A DNA stretch of 64,000 nt. Source: Gammaproteobacteria bacterium (lineage in GTDB: Bacteria > Pseudomonadota > Gammaproteobacteria > Steroidobacterales > Foliamicaceae). Shown here piece after piece: positions 22,282-31,867 of the stretch (position 1 is its first letter; each line of letters begins with the position of its first letter). Location of the stretch: assembly GCA_965115835.1 (NCBI GenBank), contig OZ220471.1, positions 1,486,157 through 1,550,156 of the forward strand, written 5' to 3'. A program made the position numbers and the translations under genes. Below the pieces are notes generated by a model that was not told the origin of the DNA, did not search any database, and saw only the letters and a program-made list of their open reading frames with translations.

Positions 22282-24840
22282 TCAGAAGGCGTACGCCGCA
22301 CGCAAACCGATGGTCCGCTTCTCGGCAGGAGTCACCGCCACGCCCTGGCTGTTCAGGAACGAAAACAGGCTCGTCCCGGAAAAATCGGACCAGCGGGCCG
22401 CAGCAAGATAGTTGTCGTCGTCGAACAGGTTCCTCACGTAGGCCTCAAGACGAAGCTGGTCCCTTTCGAACCCTCCGCGCAGGTTCCAGCGCCAGAAATC
22501 GCCCATCGTGGAGAAGTTGGCCTCTTCGTTGTAGGCCTCGCCGAAGTACTCGCCATCCACACGCACGTAGTAATCCCAATTTCCGCCCTGCAGAGTGTCG
22601 GTCCACACACCCGACACGGCGCCCTGCCATTCCGGATAGCGCGCCGGCCGGCTCCCCGAACAGTCGCGACTGCCGAACCGGTCGCCAGGTGTAATGGGCT
22701 TCTTGAAAGGCGAGAAGCCGCACACGAGGGCGCCGTACTCCCCGTCGGACCAGTTCAGCATGAAGGTACCGGACCAGTTCTCGCCGAGCGAGAAGCCGCC
22801 TTCGATCTCGATGCCGCTGAGCTCCGCATCCCCCGCGTTGAATTGCAGGTTCTGCACGCGCTGCACGCCGGTGTCCGGATCGACCGTGGTGACCGACTGA
22901 CGGGTCTTGAGGTTGCTCCAGTCCAGCATGTAAAAGACAGCCGAGAAGTAGAGCCTGTTGAACTCCTGCTTGAATCCCACCTCGAAGTTGTCCAGCTCTT
23001 CCTCCTCGTTGAAGACTTGCAGGGAAGGGAGAGCGGCCTTGATCTGCTCGATTTCCGCCTCCGAGGAAGCCGCCAGATCGGTGTTGAAGAAGCCCGGCAG
23101 GCTGCCCCTGGAGTACGTCACCCAGGCGGTCCCGCGATCCATGACGTCGTAGGACAGCGTTACGCGCGGAAGGAAACTGCTGAAGCTGTCGGAGAAATGA
23201 GTCGCCGGTTCCTCGCCCTTGCCCACATCGGCATTACCCGGCGCAGACAGCGAGATGTCGTCTTGCTGATAACGCCACTCCACATCGAGCGTCAGGTCGT
23301 CGTTGAAATCCCAGGCGAAAGACCCGAACAGGCCCGTCGTGTCGTTACTCTCCGTGGGCGGAATGGACTGCATGAAGTAGTGCGGACCGGGCCGGGTTTC
23401 GGGCGCGGCAAGGGGTGTGCCGTCGGGTTGCGCAACCACCCGCTGGCCCACTCCGCCGTCGGAGCCCCAAACGGTCTGGCCGCCGTTCCCCGCCGTGGTG
23501 TAGTCCGTGGTGAAGAAGTTGAGCCCGACGGAATAGCGCCAGCGCCGGTCCTGGGGCGACGTGAGATTGGCTTCGAGCGTCAGGTCGTCCGACAAGATGG
23601 GATCCTGGGACAGGAAATTCTGTGCGGCGGTAAGGTCGAAGTCGCGCACCCAACCGGCCCGCAAGGCGCTCCAGCCAACCACGGCGGCCAGGCCATGACC
23701 GTCCAGGGCGCCGCCGTCGAAGTCGTAATTCATCAACAGGGCCGCTCGCTGCTGGTAGCGGGTCAGCCCCGACTCGGCCCGCAGCGGCGCACCGGGCAAC
23801 TTCGGCCGGCAAATGCCGTCGCGGGGGTCGCAAATCACCGCGCTGCGGAAGGCGGCCCGATCCGCCGGACTGATTGCCGTGTTCGGCGCAATGAAGGAGT
23901 CCACATCCACGATGGGGAGAGCGCCGCAGAAGTAATCCGAAGGCGTGTCGGGATCCGACGCACTGGTGACGCCGTCGCTGTAGCAGTTGGGACCCGCGTT
24001 GGCCGAAACGCCCACAGCATTTCCGCGCGCCGAAAACGCCGTGCCCAACAGCATGCCGGCGGCAGGACCATCGTCGTCGTGGGACCAGAGGTAGCGGAAC
24101 CTGGCCGAGAAGTTCCCACCGGGAACCCACTGGAGCACAGCCTGCACCGTTTCCGTGCTTTCCGCTCCCAATGCGCCGCCATCGGCATTGGAAACGTACT
24201 GGCCGTCGGTTCCGTAGAGCCGGGCCGACACGCGATAGGCCAGCTGGTCGCCAACCAGCGGGCCCTCGTGTGAAATGGTGACATCACGTCCGCCGTACTG
24301 GGCAATATCGGCGGTTACGCGGCCCGCGTATTCAAAGCCGGGCGTCTTGCTTACGTAGTTGACTGCCCCGCCGAATGTGGATCGGCCAAAAGTGGCCGAT
24401 TGAGGTCCCTTGATGATCTCCACACGCTCGATGTTGGAAAAGTCGATTCCGGCAACGCCCTCGGACATGTAGACGCCGTCGAGAAACACGGTGCCTACCT
24501 GTTGGGACGCCGCGCGCTGGTTGGTGTCCATGCCCCGAAAACGCACCGCCGTGTTGAATCGGCCGGGAATCTGGCCGCCTTGCTTGTGAAACTGCATGCC
24601 GGCCGTCTGGAACGATAGATCCTGCAGGCCGGTGAACCCGCCGCGCTCCAGTTGCTCCGCCGAGAACGCCGTAATCGCCATCGGAATTTCCGTCAGGGTC
24701 TCTTCGCGCTTTCGCGCCGTTACGATGATCTCGTCCAACGCCTCGCCTTGCTGCGCATGCAACGCCGGAAGCAGGAAAAATGTCCCGGCCCCGACAGTCA
24801 ACGTCAGGACCAGGGAAAGAGTACGACTTTGAAGTTGCAT
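22282..24840 (-). CDS. TonB-dependent receptor
   Basis: ATG 24840 preceded by GGGAGGA. Signal peptide, plug (EIIVTARKREETLTEIPMAITA...GGFTGLQDL), long beta-barrel, C-terminal ...GLRAAYAF. Confidence 0.9.
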   Translation of the reverse strand: MQLQSRTLSLVLTLTVGAGTFFLLPALHAQQGEALDEIIVTARKREETLTEIPMAITAFSAEQLERGGFTGLQDLSFQTAGMQFHKQGGQIPGRFNTAVRFRGMDTNQRAASQQVGTVFLDGVYMSEGVAGIDFSNIERVEIIKGPQSATFGRSTFGGAVNYVSKTPGFEYAGRVTADIAQYGGRDVTISHEGPLVGDQLAYRVSARLYGTDGQYVSNADGGALGAESTETVQAVLQWVPGGNFSARFRYLWSHDDDGPAAGMLLGTAFSARGNAVGVSANAGPNCYSDGVTSASDPDTPSDYFCGALPIVDVDSFIAPNTAISPADRAAFRSAVICDPRDGICRPKLPGAPLRAESGLTRYQQRAALLMNYDFDGGALDGHGLAAVVGWSALRAGWVRDFDLTAAQNFLSQDPILSDDLTLEANLTSPQDRRWRYSVGLNFFTTDYTTAGNGGQTVWGSDGGVGQRVVAQPDGTPLAAPETRPGPHYFMQSIPPTESNDTTGLFGSFAWDFNDDLTLDVEWRYQQDDISLSAPGNADVGKGEEPATHFSDSFSSFLPRVTLSYDVMDRGTAWVTYSRGSLPGFFNTDLAASSEAEIEQIKAALPSLQVFNEEEELDNFEVGFKQEFNRLYFSAVFYMLDWSNLKTRQSVTTVDPDTGVQRVQNLQFNAGDAELSGIEIEGGFSLGENWSGTFMLNWSDGEYGALVCGFSPFKKPITPGDRFGSRDCSGSRPARYPEWQGAVSGVWTDTLQGGNWDYYVRVDGEYFGEAYNEEANFSTMGDFWRWNLRGGFERDQLRLEAYVRNLFDDDNYLAAARWSDFSGTSLFSFLNSQGVAVTPAEKRTIGLRAAYAF

Positions 24841-25140
24841 CGGTTGTCCTCCCGAAGTGCTTTCTTGCAGGGCGCTGGCCGACCCGGACAAGACCGGCCC
24901 GCACCCAATCCCGAACCGCGCCGTCAGAATAGTGGCGCGCCTGACTGAATACAAGGCTCTTCGCGCAGCGTATCCGTGCAAAAAAGCCGATTTTTCGTTC
25001 TTTCACGCCCGAAATGCCTTATTTGGCGCCGAAAGATCCCCCAAAACCCGGGGATATCGGCAAGATTGCGGAAAGCGCGGAAAGCCGGGCGAGAAATGCC
25101 GCGGCCCGGCCGTACCCGGAACCCGGCAAGAGAGGTGGTC

Positions 25141-25851
25141 TCAATACGGAAGCGGGCGGCCCGGAGATTCGATGAAGGAACCGCTGTCATCCCTATTCAG
25201 GCGCGCAATCAGGGTCCTCATGTCGGCGATGGCGGGCTCCAGCTCCAGCTTGGCGGACTTGCCGCCCATTCGGGTCCTGACCCAGCCCGGGCAAACGCTG
25301 ACCACCGTGATTCCGCGCGAGGCCAGATCGCCGGAGAGCAGCCGCGTGACCATGTTCAGCGCCGCCTTGCTGGTGCGGTAGGCGTACAGGTCGCGCCGCG
25401 CCCGGCTGATGGAGCCTTCGCTGGAGGACAGGGCCACGAATTTGCGCTGACCGCTGCGCGCGACCTGTTCGACAAAGGCTTCCGCGCATTTCAGCGGCGC
25501 CAGCGTGTTGATGGTGAGAACCTGCCGGACGATGCCGTAGTCGATGTGGCCGAACGACTGCCGGAGATCGGACTCCGCGCCCGGTTTCGGACCGAACAGC
25601 CCCGCGTTGCTCAGGAACACATCGATCGCCTCGCTGTCAAGTTCCGCGGCCAGCGCCGAGATGGCGTCGAAGTCCGACACGTCCAGGAGAAAGGCCTCGA
25701 CATTTTCCTGCCTGGCCAGATCCAGCAATTCTCCGGACTCCGCGGGATTTCGGTAGGTGGACAGCACGCGCCAGCCATCGGCGGCGTACTGCCGGACGAA
25801 CTCCAGCCCCAGGCCCCGGTTGGCGCCGGTAATCATTACGGTCGAAGGCAT
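25141..25851 (-). CDS. SDR-family oxidoreductase
   Basis: VMITGANRGLGLE (TGxxxGxG), NAG, catalytic YRTSK. 236 aa from ATG 25851. Confidence 0.85.
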   Translation of the reverse strand: MPSTVMITGANRGLGLEFVRQYAADGWRVLSTYRNPAESGELLDLARQENVEAFLLDVSDFDAISALAAELDSEAIDVFLSNAGLFGPKPGAESDLRQSFGHIDYGIVRQVLTINTLAPLKCAEAFVEQVARSGQRKFVALSSSEGSISRARRDLYAYRTSKAALNMVTRLLSGDLASRGITVVSVCPGWVRTRMGGKSAKLELEPAIADMRTLIARLNRDDSGSFIESPGRPLPY

Positions 25852-26252
25852 GGCATGGCCCCGGCTGCGATCCCGGGGACGAATCGTACAACGGCAGGAC
25901 CGGATCCCCTGCCCCGGGACGCAAGACCCCGCATCCTGTGCACTGCCGACCCGAACATCTCGCCGATGGCGCCTTGCGCGATTGCCGCCGCGCAGACCTC
26001 TGCTGCCATCGCGCGGGATATGGAGCTGAGCCGCCTTCGTTATCGGACGAAACAAAGCACTATGATGTATCGACCACCATGCCGGGTTCTCAAGCCCCGA
26101 AAGTCAGCGGCGCCGGAAGGGAAGCGAACTCATCTCCGGGTCAACATCAGGAATTCCAAGCGGTTGGATGGCGCCAAGCCGGAAGGCGATGTGGAGGTGC
26201 TGCTTGGGCGCTTGAGCCCGGACGGCTGTGTCGCTGCAGCTGACTGGAACAG

Positions 26253-27818
26253 TCAGCGTCCCTTTCTGGCCATTCTTCTGAGCCATTCCGACTCATCAAT
26301 CGCCACGCGACTCAGCGTTGTTCCAAAAGTCTGGGCGATCCTCTGTGCGTACTCGGCCTTGAGTTCACCCCGCCACTTGTATTGATTTTCACAAGTATCC
26401 GTAAACTCGAAGTCGCCATCGGATTCCCGCTTTGCTGCGATTACGGCACCGCTGCCCGTCGATGGTTTGAATTTGCGGAGAACCCAACCATCTGGATCAC
26501 GTTCGATGCCCAATCGCTCGAATTTGTCATCAATTCTGGCGACAATCTGGTCCATTCCCTTCTTGGGTTCAACCAGCGGCAGGAAAAAGAACATTGTCTC
26601 TCCTTTCAATCTCACGCAATCACATCGAGGTCTCATGCAGATCAAATGCTGTTTGCCGCCAGCCTCGGACACCGTAACGACGGTACCCAGCCACAATGTC
26701 GGTGGCGGCGCACCATACACCGTTCGGAAACTCATGATCCAAGCCAACCGCTTGTCAAGGTCGCCGGCATTCTGACCGGAGAAGCCGGCGGAGAGACCTT
26801 CAAAGTTTTTATTTTTCAATGCACTCGCTGCAAAACCTTGGTTCGCCAACTCAATGGTCTTCTCCAGATCGAGATCCTGACCGCCGAACACGAAACTCTC
26901 GGTTCCTTGCCCCTTGCGTCGTATCCAATTCTCGACAGCCTTGGCGCTTGCGGGAGACGCTTCCGCAACAGCGTTGTCCATCAGGCCTCGAAGCTCTTCG
27001 GCCACATGGTTCACGATCTGCCGTTCCGCATCGTGCGGGTCGGATAGACATGCCCTGTGAGCAAGAAACGCCGGATCCAACTCCGCACTAAACCGGTCCA
27101 GTACCTTGTGCGCGCCTTCTCGCACTGCGGCCAACGAGGTGATTGCGATGCCGGGAAGCAGCCCCGCAGTCATTGAGGCGAAATCATCGACTAGCCGGCC
27201 GGGAAGATCCTCCTCCGCGACACTCCGATCCTTCAGTGATGCCGCCAGATTCACACCGGACTTTGCATAAAGGACAACCCGACCATGCCGGTATGAAATT
27301 TCCATTCCAGTCCCATTCCGCTTTGGCTCAAGTCCGCCATCTTTCAGCGCGTCCAAAACTTTTGCGCCGATATCCTCCAGCCGTGCCTCACCAGTGTAAA
27401 TCGCCACGAGACGGAGGGAATTACGATCTGCTTCTCCAGTCAGCAAATCCCAAATCAACTTCAGCGCGTACTGAGGCTTGCCATCCTTCAAAAGCCAGTC
27501 GAGGATCACGATGTCGGCCTGCCTCATCGTTTCCATTGCTGAATCCGTGGGACCGACCACACCGCAGATGACGCCAAGCGCTGAAAACGCATCCATGACG
27601 GAACCTGCGTTCAGGGTGTGTATCAAACTGCGATCAACTGCTCCCTCATTATCCCGGCTTGATGCCCGCATGCGCCGGCCCGGCGCCACCAACCCCGACT
27701 CTGGTCGATCACCCCCGACCAATCGCATGCGCGCCTCGTCGTCTACCACTACCGCCGTATGGAGAAAACGCTGCGCGAAGGCAACGCTGCCATATCTCGA
27801 TTCGCCCGCCAACGCCAT
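26253..27818 (-). CDS. Receiver (CheY-like) domain protein with an uncharacterised ~330-aa C-terminal domain
   Basis: ATG 27818 preceded by AGGGGAAAG. CheY-like landmarks in order: VVVDDE, ADIVILDW (putative phospho-Asp), LVAIYTGE, VVLYAKSG. I recognise no motif in the C-terminal part (CMRPRCDCVRL...FFFLPLVEP...). Confidence 0.6.
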   Translation of the reverse strand: MALAGESRYGSVAFAQRFLHTAVVVDDEARMRLVGGDRPESGLVAPGRRMRASSRDNEGAVDRSLIHTLNAGSVMDAFSALGVICGVVGPTDSAMETMRQADIVILDWLLKDGKPQYALKLIWDLLTGEADRNSLRLVAIYTGEARLEDIGAKVLDALKDGGLEPKRNGTGMEISYRHGRVVLYAKSGVNLAASLKDRSVAEEDLPGRLVDDFASMTAGLLPGIAITSLAAVREGAHKVLDRFSAELDPAFLAHRACLSDPHDAERQIVNHVAEELRGLMDNAVAEASPASAKAVENWIRRKGQGTESFVFGGQDLDLEKTIELANQGFAASALKNKNFEGLSAGFSGQNAGDLDKRLAWIMSFRTVYGAPPPTLWLGTVVTVSEAGGKQHLICMRPRCDCVRLKGETMFFFLPLVEPKKGMDQIVARIDDKFERLGIERDPDGWVLRKFKPSTGSGAVIAAKRESDGDFEFTDTCENQYKWRGELKAEYAQRIAQTFGTTLSRVAIDESEWLRRMARKGR

Positions 27819-27827
27819 CACTTTCCC

Positions 27828-30785
27828 CTATAGTTCTTTCACTGGCGCCACGCCGAATGTCGCGCCACCGTCGCCTTCGAGCAACTGAAGATCGAAGCCG
27901 ACCCGGCGCAGAGTTTCCCGTCCGATGTACAACCCCATCCCTCGGCCACCGGGCTTTCTGCTGAAGCCGAACTCGAAAATCGCCTCCCGGTCGCGGACAT
28001 CGACCCCCGGTCCGCTATCGGCGACGAGCAATGCGCCGCCGCGCTCATCAAGCTCGATAGTTCGTTCCAACTGGGGGTTCTGTTGCGAAAGCCAAAAGAT
28101 CGCGTTGTCCACCAAATTCACAAAGACGGGATAGAAGCTCGAGGGGAAGCCGATGATCCTGGCGTCGTCGAAGGCTCTTGTCGCCTTGAAGGACACGTCA
28201 TGGCGCGCCAAACGCGCGCGGAACAGCTCCTCCAGAAAGTCCCGAATCTCGGAACCACGGATTTCCACCGCCTTCCTGTAGAGTCGCCGCTGCAACGGCG
28301 TAAACAGCGTCAGATATCCGTCGAGGTGATCGAAGCTTGCTCGAATACTGTTGTACAGTTCGCCCAATCCCTCGTTCACATCGGCCCAGGCTTTCAGTTT
28401 TCGCAAGCCAGTGCGAATCGACCGTATCGTGCCGGAGAATTCATGGTTGATGATCTCGATAGCCATTCCCAACTGTGCCAACTGCGCATCAGCCTCGGCT
28501 TCCTCCTCCAGCAAAAGATTGCGTTGCTCGATCGCCATCAATTGTTCGGCTGTCGAGCTCTCACCTGTCACGTCCACCGCCTGAAGCTGCTCCAACACCG
28601 AGCGTAACAATGCTCCCTGTTTTTCGGCGACTTTCAGTACCCTGGCCTCCAACGCGCTTCTGGTTTCGACGAGACACTCGTCGGTCATTCCCGCCAGATC
28701 GTTCCGTTGAAATTCGCTTAGCACCTCCCGCAGTTCCGACTCGGCAATCTTGAGGGACCGTCCCGCTACCTCTCGCGCTTTCGAGGCGACCTTGTCCGCT
28801 TCCGCCCTCACTGCCCGACCTGATTCGCCCGTCGTCTTTCGCGCCTCGCGCACAAGGCCATCCAGTGCCGCTTCTGCCCTGACGCGACGGTCTAGCGACA
28901 ACCTTGCCTTCCGAACCTCCTCACCAATCATGTCTTCCATAAGCTCGCGAGACGGCCGGAACACATTCTCCTGAAGCAAGGCGAACTCCGCGTTGTAGAC
29001 GCTCCAGTCGCGAAGCGTGGCTTTGCTGAGTCCGATTCGTGGACGCGCTATACGGTAACGCGCCACCAGACTCCTGATATCTGCTTGCGCCTGACGTTCA
29101 AGAACAAGAATTTTTTGCGCCGCCAACTGGCTGTCCGCCATGCTGCATACCGCTTGCAGCTCCTTCTCGACACGTCCCGCCAAAGCCAAGGCTTCATTCT
29201 GAGGTTCGTTGTTCTTGAGCTTATCGAAAAAACAGTCCAAACTCTCCTTGAATATTTTCTTCCTCTCCGCGACCCGTTTTTGTCGTTGTTTCCTGGCCTC
29301 ATCCTCTCTCGAAAGCTCGGCCTTTCGCTGATCGAATTTGTCAGCGTGCATCCCTTTGACCCGGAAAAAGTCCGCTGCCATCTGAAAAAAGAAGTTCTGG
29401 AGAATCGAACGGAACTGACGGTACGCCTTGTTCTGTTGGAATCCCTCTCGTCCTGCTTTTTCCAACAGATCCCCATTATTGTCCGCGTCGATCCACACGG
29501 CCCCAAACATTTTCCTGTGTGAGAAATAGTAGTAGGAAGCGCTCTTTGTTCGCCTGAATTCGATGTCCAGCCAATCGTAGTCGGTGTTGCCATAAGGCAG
29601 TACGCGAACCCCGTTCCGGTATATGTAGAGTCCTCCCAACCGCTCGGTCTTGCGTGCCAATGTCGCATACTCTTCGTCAGGAATCGTCGAGTATTTCTCC
29701 TCGCCCTCGAAAGCGGCGAAGTCGATTGAGAACGGACCACAGCGTGTGGGCACGCCACGCCCGCCGCCCCATGGGATAACGTGATCGGCTGTCGTCTCAC
29801 CATAGATTGAAACCTCTCCCTTGAACTGACCGAATTCGTCGAAGTCACCGCGCACCCGGTGATCCGCATCCCCGAACTCTTCCGGGGTGAAGAACTCATC
29901 CTCGGCAATCAGCTCTTTGGTCAACTCGTCCGTCTTGTGATCGCGAAACGCAGTGTGGATCACAGGCTGCGAGTCTGGTGTCATGGTGTTACTGAATCCA
30001 AGCAACGCTTTCATCAGGGGCGGTGCTTTTTTCAACGCAGCCGCCTTGCTCGCTGCGGGGTCTCCGTCGATATCATCCGCCAGTAACGGCGATGCGGGCT
30101 TGATGATGAAGTGTGTTCCGCTGCTGCTCGCACCAGCGAGTGACGGCTTTTCAAGGTAGGAGTCGATGTCTTGCGGATCAATATCGAATTGATCCAGTTC
30201 TGCCAGAAGCTTCTTCAACAATCGCCTCTCGACATCGCGGCCGACAATTTTGGCGCTCGCACGAAATTCTTCCACCATGTCAGCTACATCCTGTGCCGAA
30301 GGCAAAGAGCCCGCTGTAAATGACCGCAGGGGTATTTCGACGTCTTCCAGGTCGATGCCGGGCCATTCGAATACGCCCCAGTTCAGGAACGCTGCGGTGA
30401 GGTCGGAGGCTCCGTCATCAGCCTTCGGGCGAGTGAGAACCAGAAGCTGCGGGCCGATAGTCGCAATCGCAAGCCTTCCGATCCCCTTCTCTCCCAGCAT
30501 CGGCCGCGGTTCCTTATCTGGATATTGCGGTGGCCGTTGATTCGGATCGAACTTGCTTTCCGTGCCGATCGTCAGCCATCGCGTCACGAAGTCGTCCCGG
30601 CTCATCCCGACGCCATCGTCTCTGAGTACAAACAGGCCATCCGAGCGGTAATAGTCGATCTCGACGCGATCAGCATAGGCGTCGTGCGCATTCTTGAACA
30701 GTTCGCTGATCGCGGTCGGAATGCCGGCAATCTGTTGCCGACCGAGCATGTCTAGTGTGCGAGCGCGCGTCTTGAAGGTTGCCAT
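27828..30785 (-). CDS. Double-GHKL protein: N-terminal MORC/Hsp90-like ATPase + coiled coil + C-terminal histidine-kinase core (DHp + CA)
   Basis: N-terminal Bergerat motifs ISELFKNAHDA, RDDGVGM, GEKGIGRLA. A ~350-aa helical Glu/Arg/Ala-rich middle. H-box-like AIEIINHEFSGTIRSIR, then a second ATPase (FVNLVDNAIFW, VADSGPGV, GGRGMGLYI). The ATG at 30785 shares 1 nt with the dcm stop. Confidence 0.75.
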   Translation of the reverse strand: MATFKTRARTLDMLGRQQIAGIPTAISELFKNAHDAYADRVEIDYYRSDGLFVLRDDGVGMSRDDFVTRWLTIGTESKFDPNQRPPQYPDKEPRPMLGEKGIGRLAIATIGPQLLVLTRPKADDGASDLTAAFLNWGVFEWPGIDLEDVEIPLRSFTAGSLPSAQDVADMVEEFRASAKIVGRDVERRLLKKLLAELDQFDIDPQDIDSYLEKPSLAGASSSGTHFIIKPASPLLADDIDGDPAASKAAALKKAPPLMKALLGFSNTMTPDSQPVIHTAFRDHKTDELTKELIAEDEFFTPEEFGDADHRVRGDFDEFGQFKGEVSIYGETTADHVIPWGGGRGVPTRCGPFSIDFAAFEGEEKYSTIPDEEYATLARKTERLGGLYIYRNGVRVLPYGNTDYDWLDIEFRRTKSASYYYFSHRKMFGAVWIDADNNGDLLEKAGREGFQQNKAYRQFRSILQNFFFQMAADFFRVKGMHADKFDQRKAELSREDEARKQRQKRVAERKKIFKESLDCFFDKLKNNEPQNEALALAGRVEKELQAVCSMADSQLAAQKILVLERQAQADIRSLVARYRIARPRIGLSKATLRDWSVYNAEFALLQENVFRPSRELMEDMIGEEVRKARLSLDRRVRAEAALDGLVREARKTTGESGRAVRAEADKVASKAREVAGRSLKIAESELREVLSEFQRNDLAGMTDECLVETRSALEARVLKVAEKQGALLRSVLEQLQAVDVTGESSTAEQLMAIEQRNLLLEEEAEADAQLAQLGMAIEIINHEFSGTIRSIRTGLRKLKAWADVNEGLGELYNSIRASFDHLDGYLTLFTPLQRRLYRKAVEIRGSEIRDFLEELFRARLARHDVSFKATRAFDDARIIGFPSSFYPVFVNLVDNAIFWLSQQNPQLERTIELDERGGALLVADSGPGVDVRDREAIFEFGFSRKPGGRGMGLYIGRETLRRVGFDLQLLEGDGGATFGVAPVKEL

Positions 30786-31867
30786 CAGGATAGTTTTCCC
30801 ACATCCCTCAGATGTTCGATGAATTGATGACCGATGAGTTTTGCCAAACGAACCGGTACCGCATTCCCGATTTGTCTTGCCATCGACGCCATGCTTCCCT
30901 CAAAAACGAAGTCTTCGGGAAATGTTTGCAAGCAAGCCGCCTCCCGGATACTGATGGCCCTATCCTGCTCCGGATGGCCGAAGCGTCCGTTCGAGTAGCT
31001 CGTGCATCGCGTGGTAAGCCCTGATGCGGGCGCGTCCCACGACATCCGGCCATAGACATCGCTATAGCCCGAAAACCCCTTGTGGCAATCGAGCATCAGG
31101 CGTTGCGGCCAATCCCGATTGCCACCACCTTCAGGCGTTGCCTCTATACGCTCCAGATTGCGCGCGGAAAGATGCGCTGCCCTGTGGTTGGGCACTTCCT
31201 GATGCTCTTCCCCCGCCCGAATCGGCGGAAGATGAGCGATCCAGTCCCCGACCGTGGAGTATTCCTCGTTGGCCGTTCCTGGCCCGTGCGTCTCATCAGG
31301 CAAGCGAACCACACCATGAAGGCTCCCTACCAGGACGAGCCGACGGCGGCTTTGAGGTATCCCGTATTTGGCAAGCAATACAGGTCGGTAGTCCACCTTG
31401 TAACCCGCTTCGTCCAGTCGCCGCAGGAAGTCGCCGAAAGGCTGGCTGTCTGCGGACAACTGCTGTAGTCCCGGGACATTCTCCACAAACACAAGATCGG
31501 GCCGACAACCTTCTACCAAACGAGCAAAATGGACAAGCAGAGGGACACGATCATCCTGGCTGGGCTCCGGCCGTGTCGTATTCTGTTTGGTGAAGGGCTG
31601 ACACGGCGCACAGCCGCTGAAAAGCACCGGATTTGATCGCTCGGTGTCTACCCGGGATCGGACCATCTCGACATTCACCTTGCGGATATCCGCAAACTCG
31701 AAATGCGCGTCGGGGAAGTTGGCCTCGAAGCTTGCCCGAGCGCCCATATCGTAGTCCAGCGCGAACATGATCTTCATCCCGGCGGCCCGGAAACCGCAAC
31801 TCGCGCCGCCACATCCGGCAAAGAAGTCGTATACCTCCACAGTCGCCAAGTCGCTACGGTGGGTCAT
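30785..31867 (-). CDS. dcm: DNA (cytosine-5)-methyltransferase
   Basis: Motif I DFFAGCGGAS, motif IV GCAPCQPF, motif VI FVENVPG, QSRRRL, C-terminal GNAVPV. The ATG at 31867 overlaps the vsr stop (ATGA). Confidence 0.9.
   Translation of the reverse strand: MTHRSDLATVEVYDFFAGCGGASCGFRAAGMKIMFALDYDMGARASFEANFPDAHFEFADIRKVNVEMVRSRVDTERSNPVLFSGCAPCQPFTKQNTTRPEPSQDDRVPLLVHFARLVEGCRPDLVFVENVPGLQQLSADSQPFGDFLRRLDEAGYKVDYRPVLLAKYGIPQSRRRLVLVGSLHGVVRLPDETHGPGTANEEYSTVGDWIAHLPPIRAGEEHQEVPNHRAAHLSARNLERIEATPEGGGNRDWPQRLMLDCHKGFSGYSDVYGRMSWDAPASGLTTRCTSYSNGRFGHPEQDRAISIREAACLQTFPEDFVFEGSMASMARQIGNAVPVRLAKLIGHQFIEHLRDVGKLS

Noticed and set aside
25031-25060. Rho-independent terminator after the SDR gene (ATCCCC-loop-GGGGAT followed by CTTTC on the minus strand)
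   Set aside because: The stem is only 6 bp, the loop is 8 nt and the U-tract is poor. This is not convincing.
24841-25140. Possible cobalamin or other riboswitch in the 300-nt leader of the TonB-dependent receptor gene
   Set aside because: I looked on the minus strand for a B12-box-like core and found only a weak GCCACTA string, without the surrounding conserved GGGAA/GGTG elements. This is not supportable by eye; an Infernal scan would decide.
26253-26400. PD-(D/E)xK nuclease motif in the C-terminus of the receiver protein (DGDFEFTD...GELKAEY)
   Set aside because: It is a single short D...ELK string at the extreme C-terminus with no supporting secondary-structure context. This is too weak to call, so the effector function stays unknown.
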